Translations under genes and position numbers: made by a program
In this document: positions 16,476 through 27,750 of the stretch, in pieces
Layout: each line of letters starts with the position of its first letter
Numbering within the stretch: position 1 is the first letter of the stretch
NCBI GenBank assembly: GCA_043815505.1
Contig: JBDRIV010000003.1
Span: 1-60,238 of the forward strand
Direction of reading: 5' to 3'
DNA length: 60,238 bases
Source of the DNA: a bacterium
Lineage (GTDB): Bacteria > Patescibacteriota > JABMPQ01 > JBDRIV01
The notes under the pieces: model-generated
What the model was told of the DNA's origin: nothing
The model's database searches: none
The model's input: the letters and a program-made list of their open reading frames with translations, nothing else

Positions 16476-17933
16476 TTATAATTGATGAACTTTTATCCAA
16501 TTAGTATTACCAGTCCTACCTACCGGTTGACCGGCAGTGATGGTAACTTTGTCGCCTTTTTTAATCAAGTGTTTTTTCTTAACCGTTTCGATTGCTTGCA
16601 CAATTAATTCGTCAATCGATTTACATTCTTTCATTAAAAGTGGAGTGACTCCCCAAACGAGTGTTAGTTGGCGCATAACTCGCGGATCATTAACAGCTAC
16701 AATTAGCGGTAACTGAGGACGAAACTTAGCAATTAAACGAGCTGTGTGACCAGATAAAGAAATTACCAAAATTGCTTTAGCTTTAACATTTTCTGCTACG
16801 TCACTGGTTACGCTGGCAATAGCTTCGTCAATCTGTAAATCCTTTTTGCCGTTTAGTGGATAATCAATATCATCATAAACAGATTCTTCCGTTTCCTCAA
16901 TTATTTTAGTCATGGTTCTAATCGTTTCTACGGGAAATTTACCAATGGCCGATTCCTCGGAAAGCATAACAGCGTGTGTGTGATCAATAACGGCGTTAGC
17001 CACATCGGAAATTTCGGAGCGCGTCGGCGTTGGATTATAAACCATAGAAGATAACATTTGGGTGGCAATAATCACTGGCTTATATTCTTTCAAACATTTC
17101 AAAACAATTTCTTTTTGCATAAGTGGAACTTTGGCCAGTGGTGTTTCCAATCCTAAATCTCCGCGCGCCACCATTATAACATCAGCCACTTCTATTATTT
17201 TATCCATATTAACGAGTGCTTCGTGTCTTTCAATCTTGGCCATAATTCTGGTGGTAAGACCTTTTATCTTGTGTTTCTTTTCCAAAGCTTGAACCAGTTT
17301 TCTAGCAAGAAGTATATCTTTGTGATTGGAAACAAAAGAAATAGCAATAAAATCACAACCATTTTTTACGGCAAAGTCCATATGTTTTTTGTCTTGACTA
17401 GTTATAGCTGGAAGATTGACAAAAGTAGTTGGCACATTCAAACCTTTATGTGAACCTACCCGACCACCAGACATTACTTTACAATAAACTTTGCGTGTTT
17501 CCATACCAGTAACTTTTAATTGGACCAGACCGCCATCTATTAAAACCGTATCATTTAATTTTACGTCTTTGTATAAATTGGCATAAGTAATTGGGACACA
17601 ATTTTCACAAAGTTTTTCCACATCTTGATGGCGATATTTTTGATCATATAACAAAACTCGATTACCACGTTGCAAAACTAAATCACCACCAATGGCTCCC
17701 GTTCTAATGCGTGAACCTTGTAAATCAGCAATTATTCCGAGTGGAATGTCCATTTCTTTTTCCACTTCTCTAATCATTCTTATAAAATTGGCATGCTCTT
17801 TTAAATCTCCATGCGAAAAATTAAGCCGACAGGTATCCATACCAGCTTGAACCATTTGTCTAAGAATGGTTTTGGTATTAGAAGTTGGTCCGAGAGTACC
17901 AACAATTTTTGTTCTTTTTTTTGATATTTTCAT
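16476..17933 (-). CDS. pyk: Pyruvate kinase
   Basis: 485 aa. KIVGTLGPTS, MVARGDLG and other typical PK motifs. Confidence 0.93.
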   Translation of the reverse strand: MKISKKRTKIVGTLGPTSNTKTILRQMVQAGMDTCRLNFSHGDLKEHANFIRMIREVEKEMDIPLGIIADLQGSRIRTGAIGGDLVLQRGNRVLLYDQKYRHQDVEKLCENCVPITYANLYKDVKLNDTVLIDGGLVQLKVTGMETRKVYCKVMSGGRVGSHKGLNVPTTFVNLPAITSQDKKHMDFAVKNGCDFIAISFVSNHKDILLARKLVQALEKKHKIKGLTTRIMAKIERHEALVNMDKIIEVADVIMVARGDLGLETPLAKVPLMQKEIVLKCLKEYKPVIIATQMLSSMVYNPTPTRSEISDVANAVIDHTHAVMLSEESAIGKFPVETIRTMTKIIEETEESVYDDIDYPLNGKKDLQIDEAIASVTSDVAENVKAKAILVISLSGHTARLIAKFRPQLPLIVAVNDPRVMRQLTLVWGVTPLLMKECKSIDELIVQAIETVKKKHLIKKGDKVTITAGQPVGRTGNTNWIKVHQL

Positions 17934-18024
17934 TTTTATTTAAAATTTCTGAAAAGAAATCAAAATACACCAGAACGCAGATTGTAAAATCTACATTAAA
18001 ATCTGCGCTGTTGATGACTTTTGA

Positions 18025-18354
18025 TTAAATGTCTAAATCTTTCAACCAATCTCCAATCAGTGGAAGCTTCCACCATTTACCGCCAATTGCATTAACTAAT
18101 CCAATAAGCATCAAGATCATAAAAACGAAGCCTAAAATCCAACCAAATATTGGAATCCAAACTGTAAATGCAGAAAGAATAAACAAGGCTGTTCCCTGTT
18201 TGGCATGGAATTTAGCAAATTTACTATCTCCCTTGGTTAAGAGAACGACAATAGAAATTATCCAAAGATAGCTGATAGCAGCGTAAGTTTTGTTTTCTTC
18301 TATGTCTTTATCTTTGCCGGGAACTTGTGGTTTTTCTTCAGTCATTATTTCCAC
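18025..18354 (-). CDS. DUF4870-like small membrane protein
   Basis: 109 aa. The pattern AAISYLWI...FAKFHAKQ is typical of this family. Confidence 0.65.
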   Translation of the reverse strand: MEIMTEEKPQVPGKDKDIEENKTYAAISYLWIISIVVLLTKGDSKFAKFHAKQGTALFILSAFTVWIPIFGWILGFVFMILMLIGLVNAIGGKWWKLPLIGDWLKDLDI

Positions 18355-18418
18355 CTCCTTTCATAATTTTATAATTTTCTTGTGTATATTATAGCAAATT
18401 TTGAGTTTATTTTCAAAC

Positions 18419-18523
18419 AACCCCGCCCCAGTTTTGGAGAACTCAGATGCTTAAAGTTAAGCTTACTAAAAATATCTTTTAGATATTAATAAATTCTGAG
18501 TTCTATAAAACTGGGGCGGGGTT
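18419..18523. repeat. ~105-bp element with 29-bp terminal inverted repeats (AACCCCGCCCCAGTTTT..AGAACTCAGA)
   Basis: Arms 18419-18447 and 18495-18523 are complementary with 2 mismatches. A related copy sits at 42144-42246. Confidence 0.85.
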
Positions 18524-18554
18524 TAATCTTTGCTATTTACTCTTTGCTCTTTTC

Positions 18555-20207
<1,653 letters not shown>

Positions 20208-20210
20208 TTA

Positions 20211-20504
20211 CTAATTTAAAATTGCTAAAATATCTTCACTACCAACAATCAACATGTCTTCGCCGTCGATTTTTACGTCGGTTGGTCCATATTTTGAAAA
20301 TAAAACTTTGTCTCCAACTTTAACATCGGGAGCAATTCTTTTACCATCATCTGTTAGTTTTCCTTCACCAACTGCCACTACCTCGCCTTTTTCCGGTTTT
20401 TCTTTTTCGTGGGTATCAGGAAGCACAATGCCCGAAGCAGTTGTTTCATCTTCCTCTATTGGTTTGAGTAAAACTTTATCGTATAAAGGTTTAACATTTG
20501 CCAT
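20211..20504 (-). CDS. groS: Co-chaperonin GroES
   Basis: 97 aa, typical GroES sequence, directly upstream of groL. Confidence 0.95.
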   Translation of the reverse strand: MANVKPLYDKVLLKPIEEDETTASGIVLPDTHEKEKPEKGEVVAVGEGKLTDDGKRIAPDVKVGDKVLFSKYGPTDVKIDGEDMLIVGSEDILAILN

Positions 20505-20532
20505 TTTTATAGCTTAATAATATTTGAATATA

Positions 20533-20559
20533 TTAGCACTCTAATAGATTGAGTGCTAG
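20533..20559 (-). promoter_or_regulatory. CIRCE operator (HrcA binding site)
   Basis: TTAGCACTC-N9-GAGTGCTAG lies 29 nt upstream of the groES start. It matches the consensus TTAGCACTC-N9-GAGTGCTAA. Confidence 0.85.
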
Positions 20560-20626
20560 TTAATACATTATAGCGGAACTGTATTTTACGTCAAGATTTT
20601 CTTGCAATTTTTATTTTGTGGCTTAA

Positions 20627-21571
20627 TTAAAGCAATATCTCACTGTATTTAATCTGATACTTTTCGCGGTATTCTTTACGTCTGTCCCCTTCATGAAACT
20701 TTAACATATCATCAGAAATTATTACGGCGGTGGAATCTTCAAACTGTTTTGATTCTTTATTGCGCACCATTTTCGTAGTTTGAATTTTCCTTAAACCTTT
20801 TTCTGTTAGATCACCTAAAATCGTACACATTACAAATTCGCTAACCCGCTGCCACAACTTGGAAAAACCATTGTGTTTTACTAGGCGCGGATAATCAACT
20901 GGCTCCACTTTGTAAATATTGGGGATTTCTTTTTTTATCCAGCTGTTAGTTTGCCAAAATTTATTGTATATTCCGAAGTCGTCAAAAATAGGAGTGACTT
21001 GGGCCGTAAAATAAAGTAAATAAGGATCACCAGAATGAAGAGCAATGTTTTCTAAATTCAATTTATGTTCAGTGGCAAAAAAACTTAAACAAATTCGGCG
21101 AGATATTTTTTTTCCATGCCGACGAAGTCCTAGCACTTGAATCAACAAAACTGCTAAAAAACGGGTCGTCCAAATCCTCCCTGCTTTTGTAATGATGTAT
21201 AAGTCGATATCGCTACCCGACTTAGTATTATGATTGGCTAAGTTGTTGCAAACAGCCACCATTCTAACAAAAGGAATAAACCGCAGCGCGCGCGTTGCTA
21301 AAAATGCTCGGCGCCAATAAGAAATGGCGCGATTGTTTCTTCTTAGTCTAGTCTCAATTAAATTAGAACGATCTTTAATAAAAACAAAACCTTGTTTTTG
21401 TCCGAGACGTTTTTTTAGTTCTGGGCTTTCCTGCAAAACCTTGGCAATTTCTTCGTAAGAAAATTTCTGCGGTGCCCACAAAAACTTCCATAACTCCAGC
21501 AAAGTTAAGGGATAATCAAAAATGTCAAAATAAACTATAGTTCTTAAAATTGATAATTCTAATGCGTTCAT
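20627..21571 (-). CDS. Hypothetical protein with a nucleotidyltransferase-like GSDIDL motif
   Basis: 314 aa. GSDIDLYIIT resembles the Pol-beta-fold NTase signature. The family call is uncertain. Confidence 0.6.
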   Translation of the reverse strand: MNALELSILRTIVYFDIFDYPLTLLELWKFLWAPQKFSYEEIAKVLQESPELKKRLGQKQGFVFIKDRSNLIETRLRRNNRAISYWRRAFLATRALRFIPFVRMVAVCNNLANHNTKSGSDIDLYIITKAGRIWTTRFLAVLLIQVLGLRRHGKKISRRICLSFFATEHKLNLENIALHSGDPYLLYFTAQVTPIFDDFGIYNKFWQTNSWIKKEIPNIYKVEPVDYPRLVKHNGFSKLWQRVSEFVMCTILGDLTEKGLRKIQTTKMVRNKESKQFEDSTAVIISDDMLKFHEGDRRKEYREKYQIKYSEILL

Positions 21572-21714
21572 AAGACTTTTAGCAAAATTATTTTTCGTTA
21601 CAAAATGCAGAAATTTTAAAGCGAAAATTATGAAGAGCGCGGAGCTTATGCTGTAAGCATAGGCGACAAGCTCTGAATAATTTGCAGCTAAAATTTCAAG
21701 TTGCAGTAGAAAGG
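21572..21714. repeat. ~140-bp intergenic repeat, copy A (inverted relative to copy B at 36997-37140)
   Basis: By manual alignment, its reverse complement matches 36997-37140 at roughly three quarters of positions. One block, CATAATTTTCGCTTYAAAATTTC, is 24/25 identical. Confidence 0.8.
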
Positions 21715-21735
21715 ATAATTTTGCAAAAGGTCTAA

Positions 21736-24591
21736 CTATTCACGATAATACTTTTGTAAAAATTTACCAGTAATACTTTTTTTGTTCTGAGCAACTTCGG
21801 CCGGTGTGCCAGTTGCAACAACCAAACCACCTTTGTCTCCACCTTCGGGCCCTAAATCAATAATATAATCAACTGATTTAATCACGTCCAAATTATGTTC
21901 AATTATTAAAACTGAATTTCCTTTATCAACCAAGCGATGTAAAACTTCTAGTAATCTTTTCACGTCTTCAAAATGCAAACCGGTGGTTGGCTCGTCCAAA
22001 ATGTATAAGGTTTTGCCGGTGGCGCGCCGAGAAAGTTCGGTGGCCAATTTTACACGTTGCGCTTCCCCACCAGAAAGGGTGATAGCCGATTGTCCAAGTT
22101 CAATATAACCTAAACCAACATCGGATAGAATTTGTAATTTTTGGCGAATGGCTGAAATGTTTTGAAAAAATACTAACGCTTCATCAACATTCATCTGCAA
22201 AACTTCAGCAATATCTTTTCCTTTGTAGTGAATTTCTAAAGCCTGTTCATTATAACGCCGACCCTTACATTCCTGACATTCCACATAAACGTCAGGTAAA
22301 AAATGCATTTCTATTTTCACCACGCCGTCACCCTGACAAGCCTCGCAACGTCCACCTTTAACATTAAAACTGAAACGTCCGGCTTTGTAACCACGCATCT
22401 TACTTTCTGGAACTTGCACAAACAAATCGCGAATGTGTGTAAAAACACCAGTGTAAGTAGCTGGATTAGAACGCGGTGTGCGTCCAATTGGTGACTGATC
22501 GATGGTAATAACTTTGTCCAAATTTTCGGTACCGGTAATTTCTTTATGTTCCCCCGGCTCGTCTTTAGCTTTGTAGAATTTTTTCGCTAAAGCTTTAGAT
22601 AATATTTCTGTAACGAGCGTGCTTTTTCCCGAACCAGAAACACCAGACACACATACGAACTTTCCTAAAGGAAAGTCAACGGTAACATCTTGCAGATTGA
22701 ATTCTGATGCTTTGTGAATGGTAAGTTTTTTGGCAGTGCCGTTACGAAATTTTTCCGGAATAGGAATAGATTCTTTGCCCGACAAATATCTTCCTGTAAT
22801 TGATTTGAGAGATTTTCTAATTTGGGCAGGAGTGCCTTGAAAAACAATTTTACCACCTTTTTTACCGGCGCCGGGTCCAACATCAATTACAATGTCGGCC
22901 GACTCAATCATTTCTTCGTCATGTTCCACCACAATTATAGTATTACCTAAATCGCGTAAGTCTTTCAGGGCTTTAATTAATCTTTTGTTGTCTCGCTGGT
23001 GCAAACCAATGGAGGGTTCGTCCAAAATATAAACCACACCTACAAGCTGTGAACCAATTTGGGTGGCCAAGCGAATGCGCTGTGCTTCCCCGCCGGACAA
23101 GGTAGAGGCATTTCTATCAATGGTAATATAATCGAGTCCGACGTTACGCAAAAACGATAAGCGATCGCAAATTTCTTTTAAAATTTGTTTGGCAATAGTT
23201 TTTTCTCTTTCGTTAAGTTTTGATTTTTTCGGATTTTTTAAATTATTGAAAAAGACTATCGCCTCTTCAACCGTTAAAGATGTTACCTTATCAATTGTTT
23301 CATCAGCCACTTTGACACTCAAAGCTTCCGGTTTCAATTTTTTTCCCTGACAAGTCGGACATTTCATTATTTTCATATAACTTTCTATTTCTCGACGCAT
23401 ATAATCGGAATCGGTATCTTTATAACGACGCTTAAGATTTGTCACCACGCCTTCATAACTGGTAGTATATTCCATCACCTTACCACGACCAGTTTCATTT
23501 TTTAAATTATAATATTTATTGCCGGAGCCATATAAAATGATGTCTAGTTCTTTTTTAGATAAATCTTTAACTGGTTTATCTAAAGAAATTTTGTTATCGG
23601 CCGCCACCGCTTCCAACATGCGTTGGTACCAAGTTTGACGTGAAGCTGTTGATGACCAAGGACGAATTGCACCTTGATTGATAGTTAAATTTTTATTCGG
23701 CATTACCAAGTCGGGATCAACTTCAAGCTTGGTCCCAAGACCAGTACAATCTGGACAAGCACCGTGAGGAGAATTAAAAGAAAAAGTTCGTGGTTGAATT
23801 TCTGGCAAATTAATTCCACAATCTAGGCAAGCAAAATGTTCGGAATAAAGTTTTTCTTCTTCCGTGTCAGTATTTTGTAAAATAACTGTACCGTCACCTA
23901 AATCTAGAGCCGTTTCTACCGAATCTTGAATTCTTACCGAGCCGCCAGTTTTAGTAATGGCTAAGCGATCCACTAAAACATCGATGGTATGTTTTTTCTG
24001 TTTATCCAAATTCAGGTCTTCGGCTTCCTCAATTGGATACACAACATTATTTATACGTACGCGAGCGTAACCTGCTTTGCGAATTTCCTGCAAAGTATTT
24101 TTATGTTCGCCTTTTTTATCTTTAATAAGTGGGGCAAGAAGATTAATTTTCGTTCCGGCAGGTAGTTTTTGAATATTTTTTACAATTTGCTGAATAGATT
24201 GTTTATCAACTTGTTTACCACAAACGGGACAATGGGGCCTGCCAGCTCGAGCATAAAGTAAACGTAAGTAATCATAAATCTCTGTTATTGTTCCAACCGT
24301 TGATCGCGGATTGCGAGAAGCAGATTTTTGGTCTATAGAAATGGCTGGTGACAAACCATCAATTTGTTCCACGTCAGGTTTTTCCATCAAACCTAAAAAT
24401 TGCCGAGCGTATGCTGATAGTGACTCCACGTATCGTCTTTGTCCTTCGGCATAAAGAGTATCAAAAGCCAGCGATGATTTTCCTGATCCAGACAAACCAG
24501 TAATTACAACCAATTTGTCGCGCGGGATTTTTAGAGAAACATCTTTTAAGTTATGGACCTTAGCCCCTTTGATAGAAATAAATTTCGCCAT
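21736..24591 (-). CDS. uvrA: Excinuclease ABC subunit UvrA
   Basis: Two ABC ATPase modules and zinc fingers. The conserved N-terminus [16 protein letters not shown] starts at 24591; the ORF track start at 24654 adds 21 non-conserved residues. Confidence 0.95.
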   Translation of the reverse strand: MAKFISIKGAKVHNLKDVSLKIPRDKLVVITGLSGSGKSSLAFDTLYAEGQRRYVESLSAYARQFLGLMEKPDVEQIDGLSPAISIDQKSASRNPRSTVGTITEIYDYLRLLYARAGRPHCPVCGKQVDKQSIQQIVKNIQKLPAGTKINLLAPLIKDKKGEHKNTLQEIRKAGYARVRINNVVYPIEEAEDLNLDKQKKHTIDVLVDRLAITKTGGSVRIQDSVETALDLGDGTVILQNTDTEEEKLYSEHFACLDCGINLPEIQPRTFSFNSPHGACPDCTGLGTKLEVDPDLVMPNKNLTINQGAIRPWSSTASRQTWYQRMLEAVAADNKISLDKPVKDLSKKELDIILYGSGNKYYNLKNETGRGKVMEYTTSYEGVVTNLKRRYKDTDSDYMRREIESYMKIMKCPTCQGKKLKPEALSVKVADETIDKVTSLTVEEAIVFFNNLKNPKKSKLNEREKTIAKQILKEICDRLSFLRNVGLDYITIDRNASTLSGGEAQRIRLATQIGSQLVGVVYILDEPSIGLHQRDNKRLIKALKDLRDLGNTIIVVEHDEEMIESADIVIDVGPGAGKKGGKIVFQGTPAQIRKSLKSITGRYLSGKESIPIPEKFRNGTAKKLTIHKASEFNLQDVTVDFPLGKFVCVSGVSGSGKSTLVTEILSKALAKKFYKAKDEPGEHKEITGTENLDKVITIDQSPIGRTPRSNPATYTGVFTHIRDLFVQVPESKMRGYKAGRFSFNVKGGRCEACQGDGVVKIEMHFLPDVYVECQECKGRRYNEQALEIHYKGKDIAEVLQMNVDEALVFFQNISAIRQKLQILSDVGLGYIELGQSAITLSGGEAQRVKLATELSRRATGKTLYILDEPTTGLHFEDVKRLLEVLHRLVDKGNSVLIIEHNLDVIKSVDYIIDLGPEGGDKGGLVVATGTPAEVAQNKKSITGKFLQKYYRE

Positions 24592-24673
24592 TTGTGTTTT
24601 AGTATGAGTTAATAGCTGAATAAGAAGTATACACGAAAAATTAGGTGTTGGCAAGAGTGATGGGTTCTAACCT

Positions 24674-24716
24674 AAATAAAAAAGCTCCAGGTTCACACAA
24701 TGTGTGTTCCTGGAGC
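24674..24716 (-). terminator. Rho-independent terminator of the GC-rich gene
   Basis: On the minus strand, a GCTCCAGG...CCTGGAGC stem is followed by TTTTTTATTT. Confidence 0.8.
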
Positions 24717-24736
24717 CAGGAAGGTTCATGTTTTGC

Positions 24737-25288
24737 CTAGAAATCTCCGAGCACTATATTAATGTCTGGATAGACATCGCAGTTCCCGCTAATGACGATG
24801 TAGGGCTCCACGTCAAACTCCTCGATGATGGCCTTGGCAATCTGCAGGCTGACTACTTCGTCGCCATGAGCACAGAGACCGGAGAAGGAAATAATGATGT
24901 CGCTATCCGGATGGTTGGGAGCCCGCAAGATGCGAATCCCACCGCCATACCGACCCATTTTGGCATCAGCACCTTGGAAAGAGGAAATGATGTCTTCGCC
25001 TCTCCTTTCCAAGCGGCAGGCTTTCTCCAGCGCAGCCGTCATGTACTTGGCCGCTTTCTCCTGGGGAACGAAACCGATCGGTACGATGAGTCGAACATTA
25101 CCGATCGCTCCCTCAACCTTCTTGCGCTTCTCGTTCAGCAGAGTTGGCGCGTCATCCTCTATGACGAGCGGATTGGAGTTGGAAATGACCAGATACCCTC
25201 CGTTCCTTTTCTTTTCAGGATAAAGCCTGTTGTAGACGCCGACCACTTCTTCAGCAACCTTTTGAGCTTCGTTTAAATCAATGTTCAT
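24737..25288 (-). CDS. Hypothetical protein, possibly GlcG/HbpS-like (DUF336); GC-rich relative to flanks
   Basis: 183 aa with GGAGGG Shine-Dalgarno. Motifs GGYLVIS, QEKAAKY..AAL, GGGIRI and IISFSGL..GDEVVSLQIAKA loosely resemble GlcG. The family call is tentative. Confidence 0.6.
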   Translation of the reverse strand: MNIDLNEAQKVAEEVVGVYNRLYPEKKRNGGYLVISNSNPLVIEDDAPTLLNEKRKKVEGAIGNVRLIVPIGFVPQEKAAKYMTAALEKACRLERRGEDIISSFQGADAKMGRYGGGIRILRAPNHPDSDIIISFSGLCAHGDEVVSLQIAKAIIEEFDVEPYIVISGNCDVYPDINIVLGDF

Positions 25289-25348
25289 CGTTCGAACCCT
25301 CCTCTATTGTTTAACAAACATGACTGAATTACCGCATACGAACAAAGC

Positions 25349-25377
25349 ACTATAACTTGTACTTTTGTTTTTGTCAA
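25349..25377 (-). promoter_or_regulatory. Sigma-70-type promoter (TTGACA-17-TATAGT) for the GC-rich gene
   Basis: The reverse complement reads TTGACA aaaacaaaagtacaagt TATAGT. Confidence 0.55.
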
Positions 25378-25400
25378 CATTAGTGTAGTATACTTACACT

Positions 25401-27227
25401 ATGAACAAAGAAGTTCTACACAATGCAAAATTACCACAAAAACCTGGGGTTTATATTTTCAAAAATAAACACGGGGATGTTTTGTATGTGGGAAAAGCTA
25501 TTAATTTGAAATCGCGCGTGACATCCTATTGGAACGTAAAAAGTTTGGCACCAGATAAACAAATAATGATGCCACTGGTTGCCAAATTAGATCATATTGT
25601 CGTTAACAACGAAGTAGAAGCGCTTCTTTTAGAACAAAATTTAATAAAGAAATATAAACCGCGTTTCAATGTTTTAATGAAGGATGATAAAAGTTACAAG
25701 TACATAAAAATAACTTATAACGAACCGTTTCCAAAAATTATTTCCACGCGCACAGTTTTAAATGACAAAGCTGTTTATTTGGGCCCCTACACAGACGGTT
25801 CAGCTATCAATTTGGTTTTAAAAATTTTGAACAAAGTTTTTCCTTACTGCAATTGCGGTTTAGATTTGAATCCGAACAAAATCAAGGCCGGAAAACTTAA
25901 AGCTTGTTTTCGCTATCATTTGGGGAAATGTCCAGGGCCATCGGTGGGTGCTATCTCGCAAAAAGATTATCGCGCCCTAATTAAAAAGTGTGAGAGTTTT
26001 TTACGAGGAAATTATTCTGAAGTTTCTAAAGAATTGAAAAAAGAAATGACCAAAGCTTCCACTACTAGAAATTTTGAAAAGGCTTCTGTTTATCGTGATC
26101 GTCTACAAGCTTTGCAAAAAATAATTATTAAGCAAAATGTTGTAACGGCCAAAAATGAAAACCAAGATTTTATAAATCTATCTAAACAAGGCCATCAAGC
26201 AGCTATTGTTTTAATGAAAGTTCGCGACGGAAAAATGCTCAATCAAATTAAAACTGTTTTAGCCATTCCCAAAGATGTTGACGATGAACAAATAATTTCT
26301 TCTTACATTACAAACTATTATCAATTCACTTCCGATTTACCGAAAGAAATTGTAGTGCCTGTAAAACTGAGTTTGTCAGCTACTTCTTTAGATAAATTCA
26401 TTCGCAGCAAAAATGTTTTAGGTAAACTTAGCAAAGCTAAATTAAAAATCACAAAGCCTGAGCGCGGACGTAAAAAACAACTTCTTAAAATTGCTGCGAT
26501 AAATGCTAAAAATGAAATTTTGAAAGCCACGGCCAGTTTTGAGCAAAACAACATAAAGGAACAATTAGCTGTAAAAAATCTAGCTAAGCTTTTAAAAATT
26601 AAGAACTTAACTAGAATTGAGGGTTACGATATTTCTAATATTCAAGGCCAAAATGCTACGGGTTCAATGATAGTTTTTCAAAATGGAGTTCCCGCCCGAA
26701 ATAATTATCGTCGCTTCAAAATTAGAATGGTTGCTAAATCAAATGATGTAGCTATGATGGCAGAGATGTTAACACGACGGTTCAAACAATCTAAAACCTC
26801 AGAAGAAAAATGGCCACTCCCCGACTTGGTTGTGATTGACGGTGGCAAAGGTCAATTAAATGCCGCTTTAAAAGTTTTACAAGAACAAAAAATAAAACGT
26901 CCCGTAATTTCTTTAGCAAAAAGATTAGAAACAGTTCTTCTGCCTAAAAACAGAGTTCTAAAATTGGATAAAAAGTCACCAGAACAATATTTGCTGGAAC
27001 GATTACGCGACGAAGCTCACAGATTCGCCATAACTTATCACAAGAATTTACGCAGTAAACAATTCACCAAATCGGCTTTAGATGAAATACAAGGAATTGG
27101 TCCCAAAACAAAAAAACTCCTCTTACAAAATTTTGGTACAGTTGCTAAAATAAGAGAGGCTTCAGCCAAAGAAATTGCGCAGATTACAGGAAGAAAACTG
27201 GCCACCAAACTAAAAGCAGAACTATGA
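25401..27227 (+). CDS. uvrC: Excinuclease ABC subunit UvrC
   Basis: 608 aa. GIY-YIG N-terminus (GVYIFKNKHGDVLYVGKA), UVR domain, and an endonuclease plus HhH C-terminus. Confidence 0.95.
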   Translation: MNKEVLHNAKLPQKPGVYIFKNKHGDVLYVGKAINLKSRVTSYWNVKSLAPDKQIMMPLVAKLDHIVVNNEVEALLLEQNLIKKYKPRFNVLMKDDKSYKYIKITYNEPFPKIISTRTVLNDKAVYLGPYTDGSAINLVLKILNKVFPYCNCGLDLNPNKIKAGKLKACFRYHLGKCPGPSVGAISQKDYRALIKKCESFLRGNYSEVSKELKKEMTKASTTRNFEKASVYRDRLQALQKIIIKQNVVTAKNENQDFINLSKQGHQAAIVLMKVRDGKMLNQIKTVLAIPKDVDDEQIISSYITNYYQFTSDLPKEIVVPVKLSLSATSLDKFIRSKNVLGKLSKAKLKITKPERGRKKQLLKIAAINAKNEILKATASFEQNNIKEQLAVKNLAKLLKIKNLTRIEGYDISNIQGQNATGSMIVFQNGVPARNNYRRFKIRMVAKSNDVAMMAEMLTRRFKQSKTSEEKWPLPDLVVIDGGKGQLNAALKVLQEQKIKRPVISLAKRLETVLLPKNRVLKLDKKSPEQYLLERLRDEAHRFAITYHKNLRSKQFTKSALDEIQGIGPKTKKLLLQNFGTVAKIREASAKEIAQITGRKLATKLKAEL

Positions 27228-27370
27228 AGAAAAAATTAGAAGAATTACAAACTGAAGCCGAAAAAAGAGCAGCGCGGAGAGCAGTAAGAAAACGCCCCCG
27301 CATGAAAGTCTCTGGCAAAAGTGTTTTTGGTTTAAAGAAAATTATTGAGAAGAAAAAGAAATCTAAATAA
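27224..27370 (+). CDS. Small basic ORF (48 aa), start overlapping the uvrC stop (ATGA)
   Basis: MKKKLEELQTEAEKRAARRAVRKRPRMKVSGKSVFGLKKIIEKKKKSK. It is below the ORF-track size cut-off. The only support is the coupling geometry. Confidence 0.3.
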   Translation: MKKKLEELQTEAEKRAARRAVRKRPRMKVSGKSVFGLKKIIEKKKKSK

Positions 27371-27410
27371 TTATCCCCATCTCACTTTCAAACCTTGTCC
27401 CTTTTTCTCG

Positions 27411-27437
27411 TATAGAACTTTTCTATAGAAATGTTCT
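27411..27437. promoter_or_regulatory. Palindromic motif copy 1 (core TTTCTATAGAAA)
   Basis: gtatagaacTTTTCTATAGAAATgttctta sits between the convergent small ORF and the ArsR stop. It could act as a hairpin terminator. Confidence 0.5.
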
Positions 27438-27441
27438 TATT

Positions 27442-27708
27442 TTATAGATAGGAAATAATCTCCTTGGCTATAGACTTTGATGGTTTAATTAAAAAATAGT
27501 AAACGTTATAACCACTTCTTCTCGCACCAATAATATCTAGTGCTTTCATTTTTGCCAAATGATTTGCTGTAGCCTTGTAGGAGATTCTAATTTCTTGACA
27601 GATTTTTGATATATTCGCCTCATTTTCTGATTTCAAGAACTTAACAATTTGTAATCTTTTTTTATTCCCCAAAGCTTTTAAAAATTTCTCAATTGTGTTT
27701 ATATCCAT
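27442..27708 (-). CDS. ArsR/SmtB-family winged-helix transcriptional regulator
   Basis: 88 aa. The pattern LKALGNKKRLQIVKFL...ISKICQEIRISYKATANHLAKM is typical of an ArsR HTH. Confidence 0.8.
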   Translation of the reverse strand: MDINTIEKFLKALGNKKRLQIVKFLKSENEANISKICQEIRISYKATANHLAKMKALDIIGARRSGYNVYYFLIKPSKSIAKEIISYL

Positions 27709-27750
27709 AGAAAATTACTTAAATATTTACAAAAACATTATACCATATCA

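Noticed and set aside
21736-24654. ORF-track N-terminal extensions of uvrA (also ftsK 46993, ychF 37780, secG 29289, rodZ-like 44419, S51 peptidase 10023)
   Set aside because: In each case the extension is non-conserved and runs into a repeat, promoter or neighbouring signal. A downstream start restores the canonical conserved N-terminus.
24704-25276. 190-aa and 109-aa plus-strand ORFs opposite the GC-rich gene
   Set aside because: Long antisense frames are expected in GC-rich sequence. Only the minus-strand frame has a promoter, Shine-Dalgarno, terminator and family-like motifs.
25401-27227. Alternative genetic code (UGA recoded, as in some candidate phyla)
   Set aside because: uvrC and other conserved genes end at TGA with full-length products, and conserved genes show no in-frame TGA. 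The standard code 11 fits.
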